This document shows, piece by piece, positions 47,667 to 60,469 of a DNA stretch of 64,000 bases. Below the pieces are notes generated by a model that was not told the origin of the DNA, did not search any database, and saw nothing but the letters and a program-made list of their open reading frames with translations. Source of the DNA: Mobula hypostoma (taxonomy: Eukaryota); assembly GCF_963921235.1 (NCBI RefSeq), contig NC_086097.1:95544001-95608000 (forward strand). Direction: 5' to 3'. Numbering within the stretch: the stretch's first letter is position 1; every line of letters starts with the position of its first letter. The translations under genes and the position numbers were made by a program.

Positions 47667-50600
47667 ATTGGGTGAAGGGGTTTAGAATGTATGTCTAGTG
47701 CACATTCTGGAGCAGAGGGTGGTGGTAATGCACCATTAAGCTGGATGCCAACTGCCGTAAAACAAGATACAGACAGACAGACAAGTAGGCTGCTGGTTTG
47801 TCTTGTCAGTCCCCCTTGGAGCAACTTGTTGGTGGAAGGTTAGAGCAGCTGATTGCCATCTTTAGGCTGTGTTGGGGAATCATCCCCTCATGGAGCCTTG
47901 CTGTCAGTAGTTGGAGCTGTCTTTGTGGTATGGATTTGGTTGTTTCCTGGGCCAGCTGAGTGGCTGCCAGCCACTCCAAGCTAGGTAGGGATCCGGCTGT
48001 TTCTGTAGCCAGCTGAGGTTGCTGGCTGAACTAAGACTTGGAGCTACCCCGGAGCAGAGATGGAACTGTCTGTTGTTCTTTGGTGTTTGTCTTGACTTGT
48101 CCTCGCTTCTGTGGGGTAAATCAGGCTGTCTTGCCATTGCCCTGTGGGGGGGGGGGGTCATGTCTTGTCTTGTCCTGGCCTCTGTGGGGTAAGCCAGGCT
48201 GTTTTGCCGTTGCCCTGCAGGGGGTCATGTCTTGTCTTTGCCTCTGTTGGGTAAGTCTGGCTGTCCTGCTGTTACCCAACAGGTGGACTTGTCCCACCTT
48301 GGTATAGAGTAGTTGAGTCCTGGCTTGTCTTAGGACAAGTCCTGGCTCTATGTCTATGTTCTGTCCTGTCTCATGTTAGTGTTGTCTTAAAGAGGAGTAC
48401 TGGCTTGTCGAAGGATAAGTCCTGGCTCTATGTTGATGTTCAGTTCCCAGTCTGACTCTTAGCTCCAGCCTCCGAGTTATTAGCCTCCGGATTTCAAGAC
48501 GAGGGTCCCGCAGCCAAGCTCCGGGCGCCTGAGCCTCGAGGGTCCCGCAGCCAAGCTCAAGACCCAAGACCCTAGAGCCGGAGCCTCGAGGGTCCCACAG
48601 CCAAGCTCAAGAACCAAGACCCCAAGCCTCAAGCCATGTCATGTCCTTGCTCGGTTCTGGGGTCCGAGCCCGAGGCAAGACCCAGGTTCTGGGTCCTTGT
48701 CCAGTCTCAGGCTGGGTCCCACTTTCCCTAGCCCAAGTCTGCATTCTTGTACCTGCTCCTGGTTTGCATCTTGTCACGTTCCTACTCTAGTCAAATCCTG
48801 TTCCTTGTACTTCAGTGTCTGTGTCTTGCATTTGGGTCTGTTTCCAGCACCCCATTGTGACAGTTGTATTGTATCCTGCTGCTCTGTTTTGTATTCTATT
48901 AGCTCTATTGCACTTTCTTTATGTTTAATGTTCTGCATTTATCCAGTCCAAAGTTCATAATTATATTTTTCAAAAATAGTTCTACTATTTGAATTAACTA
49001 CCTAGCTTAACTGATGAAGGAGCATATAATTTCAAATCATCCATGTGTATAAGGTGTGATAAGATATAGCTCATTTTGTTGTTTCTGATTTGGTCCCCAG
49101 TTTTCGTCTGGTCCAGTAAATTAGAGAGCAGGTTTAAAGCTAGACAGTAAAGTGGAGTTAGAGAGTTGCCTTAGAAAATGCCTTGGTTTATTTTGATAAT
49201 GGTGGTTGTTCTTTTTTGGTTGTTAATAGACAGGATGATTATAGTATGCTAGTGCTTCATTAGGTGCTGCAGGAATTTTACAAGTATTAGGTGTAGTTTA
49301 TACATATTCTGAACTTGTATTAATCATCAATGTGGGGCAGAATTGATCCCTGTGTTCGTTGGTAATTCTGTTCCGGAGTTGGCAACATTTTGGTTGGTTG
49401 AATTTATTTTCAATGTCCTATATAAATCTTTTTCATTGTTTCTGAATTGATAATTCTGTTTTTTTTCCATCTGGTACATTTCATATATCTATTTAGTCTG
49501 GTTTTGTATGCACCAAGCTTTTGTTTTCGTGTATCTATTGACTCTACAGTACTTTTGTTCGCTGATCATATATTGTATGGATCTTCTATTTCCTTAGCTT
49601 TTCTCTTCACTTTCTTGTTCAGGTTATCCTTTTTATTACTCTATTAGGCGATCTATTTCTAATCTTAAGGTATCAATTTTGTTTTTAATCTCTTGCTCTT
49701 ATTTCATTATTCAGTTTTGGAGTTTCTGTTAATGAGTGCTTCTATTTTGGAGCCACTGCACTGCTGTAATGCTGCACAGTATGATATTGGGTGTAGTTCT
49801 TCAAATGTTTCAAGTTTTCCTAAAGGTTGTGATAATATAATATTGTTGAGAGTATTAACAATATTTGCAAACTTTGACATAATTCGTTTTGGTATGTAGG
49901 GTCTTTTAGTTGGGTCATCCCCTTATATTCTGCTAGTGTGGTGTTAAATATTAGGATAGTCTTGTCTGTAAGCTCAGCTTCATCAGCATTCTACAGAGGA
50001 TCTGGATCTGTGTTATTGCTGTTAATGTCTGATTGTGAAGCAGTTTAAATAGTATTTTCATCGGTGCTTTGGTGGGTTGAGTCTTCATTATTTTCTGGCA
50101 TGGTATTGTCATGGACTTTAGGTTGGTTTCTTTCGAGCTCTTGTACAACTTCATGTTTTATGTCTATAGGGATTAAGTTATTTTTTTTACTGTCACTGTA
50201 CATTGACCTGCTATTGTTGTGCAGTTACTTGTATGGAGCGGTATTGTGCTATAAACTATTGCTGAAGTTTGTCCCTGTATGCTGTCATGTCGGTCTCAAG
50301 TTCCGTTACTTGATAATACACACACATTATGAATGTGTTTAATTCTAATGACCAGTTCATGTGTCTTTTTCTTTTCTTAACTGCTTGAGTGGTCTTAGTT
50401 GTAGGTGGACTTCTCCCCTGAGAAACATTTACAGCAGTCACAGCCTGTGGTGTTGGTGGGCTATGTGGAATGCTGGTTGTATCTTTTTTGGGTTTCCTGG
50501 TGCCTGCCCACCCATTCAGCAGTGCACCACTAGCAATTTGCTGACTGTCACACCCAGTGCTAGCTCCAGTCATGCCCTGGTAATCCCCAGGCAGTGGTTG

Positions 50601-50849
50601 TATCACTCTATTCCACTGATATCTCTCCATTTCCAAAGCAAAAGGGTATTGCTTTTTATACCCACAGCCAGGTTTCGGTTTCACGCGCCCCTAACATGGA
50701 GAACAGAGCACTGCTCAGTCTGGGTACAGATGTCTGGATTTGTTCCAAGACTGGGTGGGGGTGTCCATGGTTGATTTTACACCAATGAATGTCTTCTCCC
50801 TGCACCTCATGTCTCAGATCCCAGAACGTCCCACAGAGCCCAAAACCTT

Positions 50850-53215
50850 AAAGCTCTGCTTCTGTACCTCCATCTGCAACTGGATCCTTGACTTCCTCAG
50901 TGGGAAGCAACAGACTGTAGATTGGAAATAACATTTCCTCCTCACGGACTATCAACACTGGTGCACCTCAATGATTCCTGCTAAGCCCACTGTTCTGCTC
51001 TTTCTACATCCATGACTGTGTGGCTAGGCGCAGTTCAAACAGCATCAATAAATTTACTGGTGACACAAGTTCGAAGTTCAAAGTAAAATTTACTATCAGA
51101 GTATATAACGCCTACAACCCTGAAATTCCTATGGAATAGTAACTGTAAATAGGATCAGTGAAAGAGCAAGCGCATAGAAGACATCAAACTGTTGCAATGA
51201 AACTAGAAATAAAATAGCAATGAATAAGGAGAGTGTGAAACAACAAGATAATGAGTCCTTAAACTGTGGTTATTGGTTGTGGGAACATCTCAATAGATGA
51301 ATGCCCTTTTGTTCAAGAGCCTGATGATTGAGGGGTAGTAACTGTTCTTGAATCTAGTGGTGCAAGTCCTGAGGCACCTGTACCTTCTACCTGATGACAG
51401 CAGCGAGAAAAGTTAATGGCCTGGGTGGCGAAGGTCTTTGATGGATGCTGCTTTCTTTCGACAGCGTTTCATGTAGATGTGCTCAATGGTTGGGAGGGCT
51501 TTACCCATTATGTACTAAACCAAATCCACTACCTTTTCCACTCAAAGGTGTTGGTGTTCCCATAATGCAGGCAGTCAATATACTTTCCACCACACATCTA
51601 TAGAAGTTTAAGGTTTTTGATGTCCACAGCTTTCTAAGGAAGTAGAGGACCTGTTGTGCTTTCTTTGCAGTTATATTTATATGATGGGTCCAGGACAGGC
51701 CCTCTGAGGTAGTACCACCTAGGAATTTAAAGTTACTGACCCTCTCCACCTCCGATCCTCCAATGAGGACTGGCTCATTCACCTCTGGTTTCCCTCTCCT
51801 GAAGGCTACAATTACCTCCTTGGTCTTGCTGACACTGAGCAAGAGGTTGCTGTTATGACACCACTCAGCCAAATTTTCAATCTCCCTGATTCATCACCAC
51901 CTTTGATACGGCCTACAACAGTGGTGTTGTCAGAAGAATTGAATATGGTTTTGGAACTGTGCTTAGCCACATAGTCATAGGTGTAAAGCAAGTAGAGCAG
52001 GGGGTAACCGTACAGCCTTGTGCTGATGGAGATTGTGGAGGAGATGCTTTGCCAATCCGAACTGACTGGGGTCTGCTAGTGAGAAAATCCAGAATCTAGT
52101 TACTCAAGGGGGTATTACAGACAATAGGTGCAGGAGTAGGCCATTCGGCCCTTTGAGCCAGCACCACCATTCACTGTGATCATGGCTGATCATCTGCAAT
52201 CAGTATCCAGTTCCTGCCTTATCCCCATAACCTTTGATTCTGCTATCTTTAAGAGCTCTATCTAACTCTTTCTTGAAAGAATCCAGAGACTTGGCCTCCA
52301 CTGCCTTCTGGGGCAGAGCATTCCACATATCCACCACTCTCTGGGTGAAAAAGTTTTTCCTCAACTCCGTTCTAAATGGCCTACCCCTTATTCTTAAACT
52401 GTGGCCTCTGGTTCTGGACTTGCCCATCAGTGGGAACATGCTTCCTGCCTCCAGCGTGTCCAATTCCTTAATAATCTTACATGTTTCAATCAGATCCCCT
52501 CTCATCCTTCTAAATTCCTTCTATTGTTGGCAGAATTCCAGATGGTGCCAAGATAGATCAATTGGCTGAGTGTTGCCACTTCAACAACCTTGCACTCACT
52601 GTCAGTAAGACCAAGGAATTGATTGTGGATTCAGGAAGGTGAATTTGAGGGAACACACACCAGTCCTCATCGAGGGATCTGCAGTGGAAAGGGTGAGCAG
52701 TTTCAAGTTCCTGTGTCAAGATCTCTGAAGATCTATCCTGGGTTCAACATATTAACACAATTGCAAAGAAGGCATGACAGAGTTTGAGGTGACGAATTAT
52801 GACTTTCACAAATTTCTACAGATGTACTGTGAAGGACATTCTAACTGGTTGCATCACCATCTGGTATAGAGGGACAACTGCATAGGATTGGAAAAAGCTG
52901 CAGAAAGATAACCCCAGCCTTCAGGACACCTTCAAAAGGTGATGCCTCAAAAACACTGCATCCATCATTAAAGACCCCCATCAACCAGGAATGCCCACTT
53001 CTCATTGCTACCATCAAGGTGAGGTACAAGGGCCTAAAGACACACATTCAATGTTTCAGGAACAGCTTCTTCCCCTCTGCCATCAGATGTCTGAATGGGC
53101 ATTGAACCCATGAACACTACCTCACTCTATTTTTCCTCTTTTTGCACTACTTATTTAATCTATAGTTTTAAAAATTATGTATTGCAATATTTTGCCACTA
53201 CAAAACAATGAATTT
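50850..53215. mobile_element. Rex1/Babar fragments in both orientations plus a minus-strand CR1 3' end (52120-52520)
   Basis: ICNWILDFL (+); SKTKEVIV / ERVSNFKFLG (-, 51501-51872); RGDLIE...RKNFFTQRVV (-, CR1). Confidence 0.75.
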
Positions 53216-53299
53216 CAAAGTTGAAAGTACATCTGTGTCACTATATGCAACCCTGTAAGCCTGCTGGCTCATCTTCATCTCTATCATACTGGTTTCCAT

Positions 53300-53665
53300 C
53301 CCCCTGTCATATTAGTTTAAATCTCTCCCAACAACTCTAGTAAACCTGCTCGCAAGAATATTGGTGCCTTTCAGATTCAAGTGCAACCCATCCCTTTTTG
53401 TAAAGGTCCCACTTGCCCCAGAGGAGGTCCCAATTACCCAGAAATCTGAATCCCTGCCCTCTGCTCCAACTCTTCAGCCACACATTTACCTGCCTCCTCA
53501 TTCTATTCCTATCCTCACTGTCACGTGGCACAGGCAGCAATCCTGAGATTACTACTCTTGAGGTCCTGCTTCTCAGCTTCCTTCCTAACTTCCTATATTA
53601 TGTTTTCAGGACCTTCTCCCTTTTTCTACCTGTCATCGGTACCAATATGTATCATGACTTCTGAC
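53300..53665 (-). mobile_element. CR1 ORF1 fragment (SGNH esterase-like)
   Basis: LLPVPR...VNVWLKSW...GFRFL...W...DLYKK, followed after a frameshift by DGLHL; typical CR1 ORF1 esterase motifs. Confidence 0.7.
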
Positions 53666-53724
53666 AACCGATAATTGTCCGTGAGCAGAATTTAAACAGC
53701 ATTCACTACAATCAATGTTCCTCA

Positions 53725-55662
53725 ATTATAGGCCAATTAGCCTGACCTCAGTGGTTGGGAAAGTGTTGGAGTCTATTATTAAGAATGAGGTTTCGGAGTT
53801 CTTGGAGTCTAATGATAGGATAAGTCAAAGTCAGCATGGTTTCTGTAAAGGAAAATTATGCCTGACAAATCTGTTAGCATTCTTCGAGGAAGTAACCAGC
53901 GGAGTGGACAAAGGAGAGGCAGAGGATGTCAGTTACTTGGATTTTCAAGGCATTTGATAAGGTGCCATGCATGAGGCTGCTTGGAAAGATAAAATCCCAT
54001 GGCGTTACAGGAGAGATACTGGCAAGGATAGAGGAATGGCTGACAGGCAGGAGGCAGCGAGTGGGAATAAAGGAGCCTTTTCTGGTTGGCTGCCAGTGAC
54101 TAGTGCTGTTCCTCAGGGGTCAGTATTGGGACCGGGACTTTCCCCATTGTTTGTCAATGATTTAGATAATGGAATTAATGGCTTTGTGGCAAGGTTTGCG
54201 GATGATACGAAGATAGGTGGAGGGGTAGGTAGTGCTGAGGAAGCAATGCAATTGCAGCAGGACTTAGACAAATTGGAAGAATGGGCAAAAAAGCGGCAGA
54301 TGGAATTCAGTTTTGAGAAATGCACAATAATGCATTTTGGTAAAAGGAACAATAGGAACTATCATTTAAATGAAGAGAAAATTCAAATGTCAGAGGTGCA
54401 GAGGGAATTAGGAGTCCTCGTGCAAGACTCCCAGAAGGTTAATTTACAGGTTGAGTCTGTGGTAAAGAAGGCAAATGCAATGTTGGCATTTATTTCAAGG
54501 GGAATAGAATACGAAAGCAAGGAGATAATGCTGAAGCTTTATAGAACACTAGTCAGGCTGCACTTAATGTGTTGTCAACCGTTTTGGGCCACATATCTCA
54601 AAGAATGTGTTGGCATTGGAGAAGGGTGCAGAGGAGATTCATGAGGGTGAAGGGGTTAACATATGAGGAGTGTTTGGCAGCTTTGGGCCTGTACTCACTG
54701 GAATTTAGAAGAATGCAGGGGGATCTCATTGAAACTTATCAACTGTTGTAAGGACTAGATCGGGTGGATGTGGAGAGGATGTTTCCTCTGGTGGGAGTAT
54801 CCAGAACCAGAGGACACGGCCTCAATATTGAGGAGCGACCTTTTAGAACGAGAGAGTAGCGAATCTGTGGAATGCTCTGCCACAGACTGTGGTGGAGGCC
54901 AGGTGTGTGGGTATATTTAAAGCAGAAGTTGATAGTTTCCTGATTGGTCAGAGCATCAAAGGATATGGTGAGAAAGCACGTGTATGTGATTGAGTGGGAT
55001 CTGGGATCAGCCATGATGGAATAGCAGAACAGACTCCATAAGACCATAAGACATAGGAGCTGCATTGGGCCATCTGGCCCATCGAGTCTGCTCCGCCATT
55101 TAATCATAGCTGATCCCTTTCTTTTTCTCCTCAACCCCAGTTCCCAGCCTTCCCCCTGTAACTTTTGATGCCCTGTTCAATCAAGAACCTATCAATCTCT
55201 GCCTTAAATACACCCAATGACCTGGCCTCCACAGCTGCATATGGCAACAAATTCACCACCCTTTGGCTGAAGAAATTTCTCTGCAACTGTTTTGAAAGGG
55301 TGCCCCTCTATCCTGAGGCTGTGCCCCCTTGTCCTAGACTCCCCCACCATGGGAAAAACCCTTTCCACATCTACTCTGTCTAGGCCTTTCAACATTTGAA
55401 AGGTTTCAAGTTTCAATGAGATCCCTCCTCATCCTTCTGAATTCCAGCAAGTACAGACCCAGAGCCATCAAACGTTCCTCGTATGATAACCCTTTCATTC
55501 CTGGAATCATCCTTGTGAACCTCCTCTGGATCCTCTCCAATACCAGCACATGTTTTCTAAGATGAGGGGCCTAAAACTGTTCACAATACTGAAGGTGAGG
55601 CCTCACCAGTGACTCGATGGGCTGAATACCCTAATTCTGCTCCCATGTCTTATGACCTTATG
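53725..55662 (+). mobile_element. CR1 LINE RT to 3' end, with an antisense CR1 (55037-55610) inserted in its 3' UTR
   Basis: NYRPISLTSVVGK, PQGSVLGP, FADDTK; the insert is flanked by a GACTC duplication. Confidence 0.85.
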
Positions 55663-55664
55663 GA

Positions 55665-56309
55665 CAGATTGTACACCAGCATAAGATTATAAACAGTGCA
55701 TTTACCAATTTTTCAACTTTATCAAACAGTTAACAGAAAAAGAAAATGAAAATAAAAGGCCCATTACCGTTAAACCAGTCCAATGTGTGCATAAACGTTG
55801 AAGCTCATTTCTGAAGTAGTCAGGTGTATTGCTTTACTCACATGTTGGACCCACAGTCTGCGTGAAAGACACCAATCACAGTTCGAACTTTCCTCTAAGT
55901 CCATCTCGGATGAACTCAGGAATGTTGGCACTTCCTCCCTGGAACCATTCATCTGCATAAAGTGCTTCTTACAATGGGGTCTCTCCTTTAAGTGACATTC
56001 TGCATCTTCCCTTGTACCCTGCTCTTCAGCTCCCACTAAAAGACCCCAAACCAGACTACTGTCCTTCAGGAATCTGATCTTGCCCAGAATCTCTTGAATG
56101 TTCCAAGGAATCCCACTGGGCAGAAAGTTACAACATGTACCAAGACAAGCCTGATTGGCTGAAACAACATGCTAAGTTGGACAACATGGCTCCTTATCTT
56201 TAGCTGAAGCCAAAACACTCTTACTGCAGGACGCACTGCTTTTGCAGAAAACTGCTAAAATAAAAATACTTCACAGCATCACAGTAAAAATCTTAACCAG
56301 GGCATTACA
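55665..56309 (-). mobile_element. LTR-like element fragment (TGTAATGCCCTG family)
   Basis: Shares long blocks with 62250-62640; ends CCAGGGCATTACA. Confidence 0.65.
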
Positions 56310-56425
56310 TCTACTTTTCAGTCTAGGACTTTGTGAACATTGAACCTAATGTTATCACAGGGGTGGAGTCAGGAGTGAACTTACTGGTGGGGGACATATG
56401 CAGAAAGCTTGTTTGGAAAGGTAAT

Positions 56426-56546
56426 CATGAGGAAATCTGCAGATGCTGGAATTTCAAGCAACACACATAAAAGATGCTGGTGAAGGTAGCAGGCCAGGCA
56501 GCATCTATAGGAAGAGGTACAGTTGACGTTGATTTTTGTGTGTTGC
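56426..56546 (-). mobile_element. Penelope pLTR mini-insertion with short inverted arm
   Basis: 13-bp TSD TTGGAAAGGTAAT (56413-56425, 56547-56559). Confidence 0.78.
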
Positions 56547-56614
56547 TTGGAAAGGTAATGTTGTTGCTATGATCTGTGGGTTTCAACCCAAAGAAATAAT
56601 GGCTGGAGTCACTT

Positions 56615-59310
56615 AGCACTTGTGTGAAAGAGTGTTTATTTGGTGCGTCAAAAATCTAACTTACAAAAATTAGCGAAAATAGTGAAAAGAAAACTGCCTA
56701 TATTTGCAAAAAGGTATCTACCAGAAAACACAATTATAGCTACATAATATGTCCAGTGTGAACTCCTGTTCGCGCTCTCGCTCTCTCCCACTACTGAGAG
56801 CAAACCAACCCTTTTGTTTAGGAACCAGGACATACCATTTTTAATTACCCACAAAGCTAACTTAAGATTAGTCAGGAACTAGAAAATGATGCACTCCACA
56901 ATGTAGTTACAATCATATTACAAAATAAGTAGAAGTATCTACCTTAAATTCATTATATAAACAATATACACACATTCACACATCCCCATTACTAAAGAAA
57001 TGGAATATTCCACCATGTAAGGCAGAAAAGGCACCACAAAGCCAACCCATTATAAGAATATACCAGGGGAAGACATTAAAGTGTGCACACTCACAGCAAC
57101 AATGGCAGAGTGACAAGGACGTGTGTGTGGAGTGTGTTTACTGAATGCTCTCTGTCACAATTATAATCCCACATAACAAGGGACAAATTGTGCATGGATC
57201 CAATGTACACAAGATCCTGGGAAGAACAACTGAACTCCTGTAACTGTGCAATTTGCTCTTGAACTATATCCCAGCCCATTTGGCATTAAGATAACACACT
57301 CAATGTCTGCCAAAATAGATTAGTCTACTTTTAAACTCCCATCACCTTTTCGACGTTAAACCAAAGCCCAGTTCCTGCGCTGAGATTGATATATAATATG
57401 CTACTATTTTGAAGAAGAGTTGGCAAGTTCTCTGTGACCTGACTAGTTTTAGCACTCAATCAAAATTATTACTGAAATATATTATCTTATCCTCGTAATA
57501 CTGATGTTTTAAGCAATCCTATGGAAATTTGAACAGTATCTACACTTCAAGAAGATTAATAAATTGTCAGTGCTTCAGGCCAACCTGAAAACATTTTTCT
57601 GTTTTTAAACATGATTTTTTAGGGAATCAGATGTTAGGAAGAAGCAGTTAGCCAAAAAAAAAAAGCTGGATTCAATTTAAGGACTTGAATATTTTATTGC
57701 ATGAGATGCTTCTACATAGATTTTTTAAAACATCATGTGGACAAGATGGGACCAGATACTAAGAAATTCATAAGGACATGTATAGAGAGATATTGCATCA
57801 AGACTGGTAAAGGCATATGGCACAATCACAAAATTGCACACTGTAATTCTGTGAATAATTGGGGCACATCTTTGTGAACAATTCTGACTATTTAACCTGA
57901 ACCCAGACTGAGAAGTTGAGGACAAATGGGAAAAAAACCCCCCAGAAATTTCTGTAAATACTGAGCAGCTGGAGCTGTGGAGGGAGACTCAGATTGTAGT
58001 TCAGGTCAATAACCCTTCATCAAAATAGTGTAAGCAAGCAGAGAGACAGAGAAAGGAATAGAAATTCAGAAGAGTCATCAAATAGAAAGGTTAACCATCA
58101 TTTGGAAGATAACAGTAAATAGATGATGTCGGTGATGGAACAAGCTAAAGGGAGTAATAAAAAGACAAGCAGAGAAACAAAGGACAGGAGCAAAATAAGA
58201 GTGAATGGGAATAGCAGAATCATAATCAACAAATGCATTGACCTGCAATGAAAATTATATAAATATTGCATTAATTTGTAGTAAATCTTGAACAGTATTT
58301 GATCATCCTCACTTATCCTCAGAGAACACCTCTTGGATTCTGTTCAAAAAACCAACATTTGTAATTTTTTAAAATTTGTGATGGTTTATAGAATAATATA
58401 TATCACAAAATGAGTCCCTGTGCAAATGGATAATCATGATTAAAATTCTTTGTGAGGACAAGAAGGTCCATATGTTCAACACTGGATTGCGGTGTTGGAT
58501 GATACAGTCTGAACACGGCAAGCGTGTGTGTTGCGTATGCTTTGTAAGCCTGAAGACATTATAAACTGAATAATTATAAAGGGGGATTGTGATGCCCAAG
58601 TGTTCACTACACTTTGGGAGTCATATTTAACTGATGATGTTAACGCATCCTGCTGGAATTTTTAAAGATCCAGCTGACCTTCATCCAACTTTACTATTTT
58701 CTTGGATGAAAAGCTGCCTCCTAATGAAGGGCAGAAGAAATTTTGTTGGTGCTCCACATAAATGCAGTGAGGGTGGCTTACAGAAGTAGAGCAAATGGGA
58801 AACAGAGGTGGTAAGAGCAGTCAACGTTCACATTCTTCTGCCCAAACAGGTGCAAGCTGTTGGCTGTTGCACCTCCCACAGCCTAATTCTGAAGGACAGG
58901 TGAGCAATATTAGAATCCAGCTCTGTGCATTCCTTAGGAGAAGTTTTTGAAGATTGAGTTCACCGTATGTAGACCACCCTCTCTTCTCCCAGCAATTTCA
59001 CCTACTGGCTACAAATCTACACCAACACAGATCATTCTTTAATCGCCGATACACAAGAGAAATGAGCCTAGCATATGTAACCTTTGCTCACAATTTAACC
59101 TCTTTAGCGCTTGTATCAATTTGCACTGCACAGCTTCAAAGCCACTACATCTTCCTAAGATGTTGTGCCCAGAAGTGAACATATTGCTTAGGACGTCATT
59201 TGTCTTAAGGTGTGTACAACTATAATTTTTCCAACTCTTCGCGGTTTGGCCCAGACTTCAGATGAAAGTTCTGTAACTGAATTTCAATTCCCTTCACATT
59301 AAACAGACTC
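56615..59310 (-). other. Candidate terminal exon and long 3' UTR of an unidentified minus-strand gene
   Basis: Acceptor cttctttttcag| at 59311; about 2.7 kb with no recognisable repeat; AATAAA at 56640-56635. Longest frame reads SLFNVKGIEIQLQNFHLKSGPNREELEKL* (59309-59220). Confidence 0.3.
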
Positions 59311-60164
59311 CTGAAAAAGAAGCTTAACTAGAATTTGAGTAGTAACAATGAAGAAATGGCTAGATATGACTAGGCATTGCAGCCTGCAAGGCAAAATATT
59401 GCTTTTGTTCACTTAAACGTTGGCTTAGATATAATGTTTTACATAGAATTTATTCACCTGGATTTCTATGTTTAACTCTCAGGGTAATTAGACTGATCTT
59501 CACAAAACCGGTAATTTGGAATTAATCTTGGCTATTCTGTCTCAAGGGGATCCTTGTGCTTTTAAAGATTGATGTAACTTTGAATTCAATGATTGTTAAA
59601 ATAATTGCACAGTCTCCATCTAAAGCGACACTAGTGAGGAGCAAATCATAGCTTGTGTTGATCTCCCTGCCGTAACACTCTTTGTCACTCTTGAATATAG
59701 ATATTTCTCTATATTATCTGTGTAGAGGAGGTTGTTCTTACTGAAAGCTCCCAAAGCTGCAGTGGACAATTACGTTGTAGTCTGATGGTGCTTCCATGAG
59801 TACAGGATGTGTACTTTATGGAAGGGACCTAGTTGTCCCCGTAGTAAATCCAGGACAAGCCAGGTGAGAAATGTCAGCTCACCTCTCACTCCATTCCATT
59901 CTATGAAACCCAAAACCCAACATTTCCTGGCTGTTTTTTTACTTACCTCTAGTGACATTGATTCTTCTCCCTCCTTTTCTGAGATAATGAACTGTCACTG
60001 TTAAACAGCCTCTAATTGTGACTTTTTTTTCCTTTTCTGATCCTTTAGTTGCTGCACAATGACAACCTGTTGCAGTCTGCTTTTTCCCCCCATAGTGGAA
60101 GGTTTAGTCCAGGGAGAAGTAGGGGATTCAAAGCTGTTTCAGAGGTAGGAAACAGAGGGTGCTG

Positions 60165-60450
60165 AGTGGCTCATGGTGTGCCACAGGGATCAGTGTTGGG
60201 ACTCTTGTTATTCATTATTCATATAAATGATTTGGTTGCAATTTCAAAAGGCTTGATCAGTAAGTTTGTGGACGACATGAAATTAGGAGGTTTTGATAGT
60301 GAAGAAGTTTATCGGACATTACAGGAAGATCTCAATCATGACAAATGGATTTCAAAACAGATGGTGAGTTGGTGCATTTTGGAAAGTCAAACCAGCATGA
60401 AGTGAAGGGTAAGGCACCAGGGAATGTAATGGTTCAGAGGGACCTAGGAG
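60165..60450 (+). mobile_element. Old CR1 RT fragment
   Basis: GVPQGSVLG...INDL...SKFVDDMK. Confidence 0.75.
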
Positions 60451-60469
60451 TACTACTACATCAACACCA

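Larger units (their letters stand above)
47265..48862 (+). mobile_element. LTR related to 21051-21895, expanded internally
   Basis: Termini TGTCAT...GTGACA, TSD GTTGT; shares its first 55 nt or so and its 3' part with the 21 kb copy. Confidence 0.78.
44385..50800 (-). mobile_element. Near full-length degenerate R4/Dong-type element with nested insertions
   Basis: N-terminus RHMNWSLELNTFIMCVYYQ (50256-50684). RT motifs GIF.GNSLTPL and HLIHMDDLK (about 49000-49200), LTLPRTEGGR and RLE motifs IDIA / KHQKY. Interrupted by Rex1/Babar, a Penelope mini-element and an LTR. Confidence 0.78.

Noticed and set aside
44223..47824. His-rich, Ile-rich, ER-repeat and HT-repeat ORFs (44223, 44257, 47239, 47585)
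   Set aside because: Translations of microsatellites.
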